A DNA stretch of 64,000 nt from Octopus vulgaris (taxonomy: Eukaryota): assembly GCA_951406725.2 (NCBI GenBank), contig OX597823.1, positions 38,936,001 to 39,000,000 of the forward strand, given 5' to 3'. The position numbers and the translations under genes were made by a program. A model generated the notes under the pieces. It was given only the letters and a program-made list of their open reading frames with translations. It was not told the origin of the DNA and ran no database searches. This document shows positions 55,989-64,000 of the stretch, piece after piece (positions within the stretch are counted from its first letter, which is position 1; every line of letters begins with the position of its first letter).

Positions 55989-56382
55989 CTAGCAGTATCA
56001 CCCGGCATTGCTCGGGTTTGTAAGGGAAATAAGTATATAAGCATTTTTAGAGATGTAAAGTATAATAGCCATCTCAATATGGCTAACCACAAAGGGAGGG
56101 GTGTTACTGTAGCTTTTTACATTCTGAGATTTAATAAATTTTTAGAGAGTTACTTCCCTTATATATGCCAAAAATGCATTAAAAATGGGAAAAGTTGATG
56201 GAAAATTTTTTTTTAAATCGTAGACTCATCATAGATGCGCGCTAATACCCAGAAGGGCTCGATATGAATCACGACTATAAGATACCTGGTTTCGGTTAAA
56301 CTGCATCGCAAAATGTGGGAGTAGTTAGGAATCTAAATCGTAGGAGACAGACAGCACACAACCTCACTTTTATATATAAAGA
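55989..56382 (-). mobile_element. Non-autonomous Helitron (related termini, different interior)
   Basis: Reads a|ctagcagtatcacccggcattgctcggg ... tatatataaaga|t; same TC/CTAG/A^T signature. Confidence 0.78.
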
Positions 56383-56438
56383 TATTAAAGCAACAGAGTA
56401 CCCAATGGAAAAACCCAATAGTACAAAATATATACATA

Positions 56439-56588
56439 TACACAAATAAAAGGTGATAGTCAAATGAAGAAAATATATGGATTAAATTAATGCATTAAAT
56501 TCTTATGCATCAGTTTAATCCATATATTTTTCTTCATTCGACTTCACTCATATTTCCCTTTTAGGTTTTATCACCTTTTATTTGTGTA
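56439..56588. repeat. Imperfect ~150-bp palindrome
   Basis: tacacaaataaaaggtgata / tatcaccttttatttgtgta, and gtcaaatgaagaaaatatatggattaaa / tttaatccatatatttttcttcattcgac. Confidence 0.8.
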
Positions 56589-56610
56589 AAGAGTGGGTCA
56601 CCTTAAGCTA

Positions 56611-56678
<68 letters not shown>

Positions 56679-58492
56679 TCCAACCCATGCTAGCATGGAA
56701 AACGGACGCTAAACGATGATGATGATGATGATATATATAAATACACACACACACTCGATGGGCTTCTTTCTATTTCTGTCTATCAAATCCACCCTGAAGG
56801 CTTTGATTAGCCTGAGGCTAGAGTAGAAGACACTTGTCCAAAGTGCCATGCTGTGGGACTGAACCTGGAACCTCAAGCTTGGGAAGCAAGCTGCTTACCA
56901 AACAGCCACATAGAAGTATAACCTCTTTTTCTTTTAACAGCAAAATCTTCTGTACACCCCTGTTGAGAAATAACGGTCTAAACTGAGAGAAAACCATTAA
57001 TACAGGTATCACTTAAGGAGGAGGAGGAGAGAATTCAGATGAGAGAGTGGATCTTTTTACTTCTCTATGAATGGCTTCTATCTTCAGTTGTGTAACTTGT
57101 AGAAAGAACTATCACTAAAAAATCTGATTGAAAAACTACAGTATGTACTGCAAACATATAGTAGGTACTACGAACAAAATAGCTACTTCTGAAATAAATT
57201 TTCAACAACAACAATAAATAATAATAATAATAAAACAATAACCTAGAGCAACACCTTTAGTAGAAGTAAGGACAATGTCAAGGATATATTCAGAGCCTTT
57301 TATATAAGATTGTTATCTATTCATCATAACTAAAAAGTTGTATCCTAAAATTTTACAGTTAACATAGAATGAAAATGTAAAGTGAACCCCTCCCTCCCTT
57401 CAAACAACAAGCTGATTCAAAACTGGAATGGGTTTGTTGAGTGTGCAATATCTAGTTTACTATGTAGTGCAGACTGACTTGTGTGAAATTGTCAAGGATT
57501 ATCATCATTATCAATAACAAAACACCATGAACCAATGGTGGTTTGACATGCTGGAAATAGCTACTAAACCACCTTCAAATCAAACCACTTAGAGGAGGAA
57601 ACATATTGTATAATACATTCCTGGGTTACCTGCACACAAGAAAAAGAAGGGATGGTCATGACTGGAATACCTTTATGCATATGTATGCTTGATCAAGCCT
57701 GATCTGGGGCTATGCAACAACACAATCAGTTAAACAACTAATAAAACAGTGAAATCCCTCGTCAGACAGTTTTTGACACTTTTCTAAGCCTTAAACAGTT
57801 GTCATACAAGTCCAACATAAATATACTGATCACATATAAGAGCTTGATCAAACAAAAGATAATACCAGAGGCTTGACATTCCAGTTACTACCAGATAGTT
57901 GGCAGGTCATTCCTCAGTCAAAGTTAGTTTATAAGTATAAATTTAACAACTATTACTAATACCATCAACATAGACCACCAGTAACTAAGCCAACATGACC
58001 GTTATAAAGTAAATTATCAGGTCTCTCTGAGACTGCACCGACATCTCGATTTAGTTAGTGAAATATTACAGATTTCTTAGCCAGAGCTAATTTTTTTATG
58101 ACATAAACAAATAAACAACCAGCAGAAGGAATAATTTTTAACTGTTCCTTCAAGATAGAAAAACCTAATATTTTATTGAAAATCATTTGGATACACTTTT
58201 TTTAAGCAAACTATTTATATCCTCTCCTTTGTTAAGAGAGCACTAGCATTTTCACACACATGTACACACACGACAGAAACAGGAATGGAGACAAGAAGAG
58301 CAACAAGCTATAGAAAATTCTGCCTCAACGTTGTTTCTTATAACCTATGCTTGCATGGAAACGTAGATATCAATTTGCAAATGATGGAAATATTCACTGT
58401 GAACATCCCTTTGACTTTTGTTGTTTTTATATTTGACTTAATCATTTGTTATTGGTTTGCCTATATATAATATATATATATATATATATTTA

Positions 58493-60104
58493 CAGTGGCG
58501 GCCAAAATGTCCAGAACGGTATTGTTTTCGTCAGAAAAGTAGATATAATTTTTTATCAAAGTTGTTTTATATTCTATAATTTTCACAGACAATAAATACG
58601 ATATTATTTGTTATTGCCTGAGATTTTGGTGTAATTTGAGAGGATAATACAAAAGTTATGGATGATTTAGTGATTTACTGCAAAACCCATGGCGGCCAAA
58701 ATGATCAGAACAGTTGCTTCCACTCCGTGTTTTAGTATATTTAACCGGCGAACTCTAATGTTTTGAATTTGTTTACGTGACAGTTCATTTGCTAAACATT
58801 AGTAAGAATATTTGCAGTGTACTTTGTTAATATAATGCCACTTACTCCGTTACCAATTCGTCAGCAGATTATTAAGCTTCGAAGGAAGGATAATTTAAGT
58901 ATTGGATCTATTGCAAAGATTGTTAACAAGTCAAAAAGTGTTGTACACAGTATTCTTAAGGTCTATGATGATTGTGGTTCGTGTGAAGCAAGAAAGTTTA
59001 CAGGTAGGCAAGAAAAACGACCAAGAGAGAAGATCATGCTATGGTAAAGTTGGTTAAAAAGGACAGATTTAAAACTGCTGCTGCTGTTTCTCGGAAAATG
59101 AGCATTGTATTGAAGAAAATTTTATCTCGAAAAACTGTGTCTCGTCGTTTAGTTGAACATGACCTACAGGCAAGAGCACCTGCAGTGAAGCCACTGATCA
59201 GCTCCAAGAATAAAAAGTGTCGTCTTACCTTTGCAACCGAACATGTGTTGTGGTCTCAAGAAAAATAGCAAACGGTGCATTTCAGTGATGAATCTAAGTT
59301 TATGTTATTTGGCTCAGATGGGAAAAGGTACGTTCGTAGAAAAGTAGGTGAAAAATTGTCGCCTAAATGCCTTAAGACTAGTGTTAAATTTGGTGGAGGA
59401 AGTGTCATGGTTTGGGGGATGATATCTGGAGAAGGTGTGGGCCCTTTGGTGCGATTAAATGGAAAGGTAAATGCAGGAGTTTATAAACAACTTGTAAAAG
59501 ATCATGTCATGCCTGTGCTGAGAAATTCAACTAAGCGACCACCCATATTCATGCAGGACAATGCCCCATGTCACAAGGGTAAGGTGGTCATGAACTTCCT
59601 CAAGGCTGAAAAGGTTATTGTTATGTATTGGCCTGCTCAAAGCCCAGATCTCAATCCTATTGAAAATGTATGGAATATTCTAGGAGAACGTCCGAAAGCC
59701 AGAAATCCTAAAACAACTGAGCAATTATGGAATGCCCTTCAGGAAGAATGGAATAAGATCACCCAGCAAGAAATTGAAAATTTAATTTCCTCATGCAGTC
59801 GAAGATGTCAGAGCGTGATTGAAGCTAAAGGGCTTCACACTAAATATTAAATAATTCCAGTATTCTCTGTCATTTTTGATTATTTTGTTATTTTTTCAAC
59901 CGTTCTGATCATTTTGGCCGCCATGGGTTTTGCAGTAAATCACTAAATCATCCATAACTTTTGTATTATCCTCTCAACTTACACCGAAATCTCAGACAAT
60001 AACAATTAATATTGTATTTATAGAATATAAAACTACTTTGATAAAAATTTATACTTACTTTTCTGATGAAAACAATGCTGTTCTGAACATTTTGGCCGCA
60101 ACTG
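58493..60104 (+). mobile_element. Full-length Tc1 transposon (DD34E), IR/DR type, ~1.6 kb
   Basis: Ends TA|cagtggcggccaaaatg ... cattttggccgcaactg|TA. TIRs are ~220 bp with an inner direct repeat ggcggccaaaatgatcagaac (58691-58711; reverse complement at 59902-59922). Confidence 0.95.
58835..59850 (+). pseudogene. Tc1 transposase, with one frameshift (~59009) and one TAG (59266-59268)
   Basis: Paired-like HTH N-terminus; GR(P)RKTT restored by +1 C; FSDES, MQDNAPCH and SPDLNPIENVW, with 34 residues between the second D and E. Confidence 0.93.
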
Positions 60105-62083
60105 TATATATATATATATATATATATATTTCATATAAAAATTGGTGTACATTTAAACGCAAAGAGGCGAGCCTTAACAGGTCACCTTACATACCAGAAG
60201 GAACAGTCAAAAAGTCCAAACCTCAGTTAAGAGCAATTTCGAAGGGAATGAAAAATAACTTTTTGACTGTTCCTTCTGGCATGTAAGGCGACCTGTTAAG
60301 GCTCGCCTCTTTGTGTTTAAATTTACACGAATTTGTATATGAAATATATATATATATATATAGGAAAACCAATAACAAATGATTAAGGTCAAATATAAAA
60401 ACAACAAAAGTCAAAGGGATGTTTACAGTGAATATTTCCATCATTTACAAGTTGATATCTACGTTTCCATGCAAGCATAGGTTATAAGAAACAACGTTGA
60501 GGCAGAATTTTCTATGGCTTGTTGCTCTTCTTGTCTCGATTCCTTGCTTATTTATAATCAAGTTCATATTTTTATCCAAATCTATCAAACATTGAACAAA
60601 CTGGACATGCTTTTCATGAAGAACAGTAAATAAATGACACCCTTTTCTATGAACAGAAATCTTTGTTTATAATTAGCATGCATATCAAAACATGGCGAAC
60701 ACACATTTACTCACAAACATAAGCCTCTTCCAGTTTCCCTCAACTATATTTCACTTGCAAAGTGTAGGTTAAACCATGGCTATAGCAGAAGTTACTAGCC
60801 AATGGTGTCTATGCAGTGGGCTTGAATCTAAAATCACACGGTTCCAAAAGCAAACTTCTTAACCACACAGCTAAGCTTTACCTATGTATATAAATGCACA
60901 CAGACACACACACACATACATAAATACATATATGTATCTATGTATGCATATATATATATATCCTCAAGAGTGAGGTTAAAATGTCTTACATAAGTTGAAC
61001 CATTCAAGTGGAAATGCAGATAAATGTTAAAATGCTGTGAGGTGTGCAGTAAGCAACGTGAGTCAGTGAAATGAATATTAAATCAAGATGACATTACAGC
61101 AGAAGAATTTTTGATATATTATAAACATCTATGGTGTGTTAAAGTATTTGAGATCAACTTCGACCCTTCCCACCTCATACATACATAATACCATGCTGGT
61201 TGCAAAATAAAATGCATACATGCATAAGCTAAAATAATCTATAAATAACCATGTAAATTTTGAAAAAGTTGTTTTATTTTTTGTTAATTAACTTTATGAT
61301 GTGGAATAAATTGGTTGAGTGAGAAATGTCTTGAAGAATAGGAAGTGTCTATGAGTTTTATTTATGCTTCAAAAGTTTTGAAGTGAATATTAATTTCCTA
61401 CACTGATGCCTGTAGAAGGACATAAACAGTTGATTGGTACAACCCAGGGACAGCTAAAGGTACCAGCAACATGAGCAGGAAGTTGCCCAAAGTGTTGTCA
61501 TATATAAGGAATCTTTCAAATATAGAAACAGTAGATTAAAATCTTGAGCAATCTTGTCAACAGAAAACGATATTGTAAAAAAAAAAAAAAGATATAAAAA
61601 GCATTTTGAAAACATCTAAAATCAAAAAATATTGTTTCAGATTTTCTGTTTGTTTGTTTGCAACAGAAATGCCTCAAGATCATTTCCAATTGATGCACAT
61701 GAGGCCCTTAGCTCATTTATATATTAATTAAAAGATTCAAAACTTTCAAGATAAGTTTAATCAGTTTTCTTTACCCATGCCAGCATGGAAAGCGGACGAT
61801 AAGCAATGATGATGATAATGATTGTGTATTGAAATAAACGCTTCACTATAACATTTACAACTTCTCTTCTTTTTAGCAATTAGTATTTATTTATGTGTGT
61901 GTGTGAGTGTTTGTTTTTATGTTGTTATGAAAACAATTTTACATTCATCTGAATGGTAAATCTATACTTTTGTAGAGTACAAATTTATTATTCTTATACA
62001 AGAATGTTGTTGACAGTGACTTAGCTGGCCATCTTTGGCTGAAACTTCTAAGTGACTGTCAACAACGTTCATGTATACGAACA

Positions 62084-62121
<38 letters not shown>

Positions 62122-62669
62122 GTACATATACATTTATATATACACACAAATATACATATATATAAACATATCAGAAAAGCCATTTCTATTTATTTTTTGA
62201 AATATATAATACTGTACCAATGACTTTCTATTTCTTATTCTACTTTACATTTATGCACACACACATACTTCTCTCAAGTTTTGGTGCCACTAGAAAATGT
62301 ATCCAATACCCTGTACAAATCCATCACAAGGTCCAGTCATTGTTGCTGTTTGGTGGCCTGTGTGTTTCAATGGACCTGAGTGCTATAAGACATTTATTTC
62401 ATCTGATCTGCTGTTTTTGCCAATCTGCTGCCTTCTAAGTAGAGTATTCTATTAAGTGCAGAACAACTGTTGGAGACTTACTGAGTTCACTCTGGATACT
62501 GCTAGAATCTTAGAAATAGCCAAATCACTCTCAAATCACACCAAACCATGTTTTGAACAAGAAAGGACAAATCAGACAATTTAAGTAAAAAAGAGAAAAG
62601 TGTGGATTATCATGGCTGGAGCATCTCTAATTATATATCTGCTCTATGAACAATAACAAACCACAATGA

Positions 62670-62850
62670 GCCTTTATGTGGTCATTCAGCCTGGTGGAAA
62701 TAGCAGCCAAATCTCTTTCAGGTTTCACCCTACGCTTTTAAATAAAGAATGATTTATCTATGGTATGCAAATAGATGATGTAGTCATATCTGGAACACCT
62801 TTGGTCACAGGTCTGCTTATCCAGGTTAATCTGGGGCAATATAAACAAGA
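62670..62850 (+). repeat. Interspersed repeat family D (SINE-like)
   Basis: gaaatagcagccaaatctc...gatggtcat..ctggaa..ctttgatc..ctggggc..aacaac recurs at ~7035-7235, 16400-16600, 16810-17005, 53475, 54020, 57530-57720 and 62480-62660. Confidence 0.7.
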
Positions 62851-64000
62851 AGTATACAAAAATAGATTGGACAGTGAAATGAGTACATTAACAAATTGCC
62901 AGTCTACTTTGTACAATTAACCACTGCATGTTGCTTTGTGCAGTATGGTCTTTACTTCTTATATAATTAACCATTACATGTCAGTGGGTGCAGATCTCAT
63001 AAATGATTTGTTGACAAGGAATATCATCATCAGTATCATTTTAACATCTATTTTTCCATGTTTGCATGGGTCAGACAGAATTATGTTAAAGCAGAGATTT
63101 TTATAAATAGATGTCCCTCTTGTTGCCAACCCCCATCTCTGTTTCAAAGTAAGGTAATAATCTCCTAGTCTGGCTTGGACATATTATCATAAAGAACTGG
63201 AAATAAATGCTACTGAAATCTGCTTCTTGTTTATAATGATCCTGCAACATCTCAAGACATGTCAAGAAACCTGCACATGCTTTCATAGTGAAAAGCAAGC
63301 AAATTACATCATTGTTTACAAAACGGTGAACACAACACACCCATGTAGACAAAAGAAATACTAAATCACTTATACAAACACATACAAAGTATGTATGTGT
63401 GTTTGTGTGAGAAGTTAGAGAAATAATTTAGTGAATTTTGGTAGAACAGACAGGAACATTATCAGTTTGGAATACTGCCAGTCTGAAATTAATAAACTTT
63501 ATATAAATGTAGGGAAGGGATGCTCTTGTCAAAATTCTTCATAGCTGCTGTTTGGGCTCTGGCTGGTCCTGAATGAAAAATCTTATCAAAAGCCTTCTAG
63601 CAATGACCATCCCATCTTTTTTATCAGATAACATCAATAATGTTTCTGTCTGCTTTTTCCATGCTAGCAAGAGACATCTTGAGGCAGTAGTCTAAAGCCA
63701 GATTCCTTTCCCAACACCAGACTTTCCTTGTTTCCAAGTACTTTATTCCATGTATTCACATGTTGAACCACCAAGCTGTCAGACTTGCTTTATATAGAAG
63801 ATATGAACATCACCACCACAAGCCCAGTGGTTGTAAGGATACACAAACACACATTTGTTCCCTCATTCAATGAATGTTTCTCCGTGATAGCATGGATTAT
63901 CTGGGAACTTGAGGCAGAATTTTACAACCAGATGCTATTCTTGTTGTCAACATTTTACCTAGTCGTAATGTCCACAAGGAATGTACAAATCCTATCTATA

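Larger units (their letters stand above)
58281..60544. repeat. Long host inverted duplication (arms ~290-320 bp, 42-bp spacer at 60216-60257) interrupted by the Tc1
   Basis: 58281-58490 is the reverse complement of ~60345-60544, and ~60120-60215 is the reverse complement of 60258-~60350, with scattered mismatches. Confidence 0.9.

Noticed and set aside
62260-62460. Non-repetitive stretch with a minus-strand donor-like gtatgt
   Set aside because: No convincing acceptor or recognisable reading frame.

Overview
AT-rich, repeat-saturated eukaryotic DNA. Its SINE and microsatellite make-up looks like a cephalopod (Octopus-type) intron or intergenic region; this is an inference. No host protein-coding gene is recognisable, and most ORF-track entries are microsatellite or SINE read-throughs. 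The main feature is a young ~6 kb Penelope-like retroelement (PLE) at 38752-44739, inserted in (TA)n. It encodes RT plus a C-terminal GIY-YIG endonuclease, with CxCx5C, KWK and CxLC motifs that fit the Hydra clade. One missing C in a homopolymer breaks its ORF. It has an inverted+direct pseudo-LTR at the 5' end, a direct pseudo-LTR at the 3' end, three identical type I hammerhead ribozymes and a ~2.5 kb internal microsatellite tract. The window also has a full-length IR/DR Tc1 (DD34E) inserted into one arm of a ~0.65 kb host palindrome, a full-length decayed mariner (DD34D) and further Tc1/mariner relics. Other elements are two non-autonomous Helitrons, a hAT MITE, CR1-like, RTE-like and R4/Dong LINE fragments, several degenerate hammerhead-like relics and many copies of about four SINE families.
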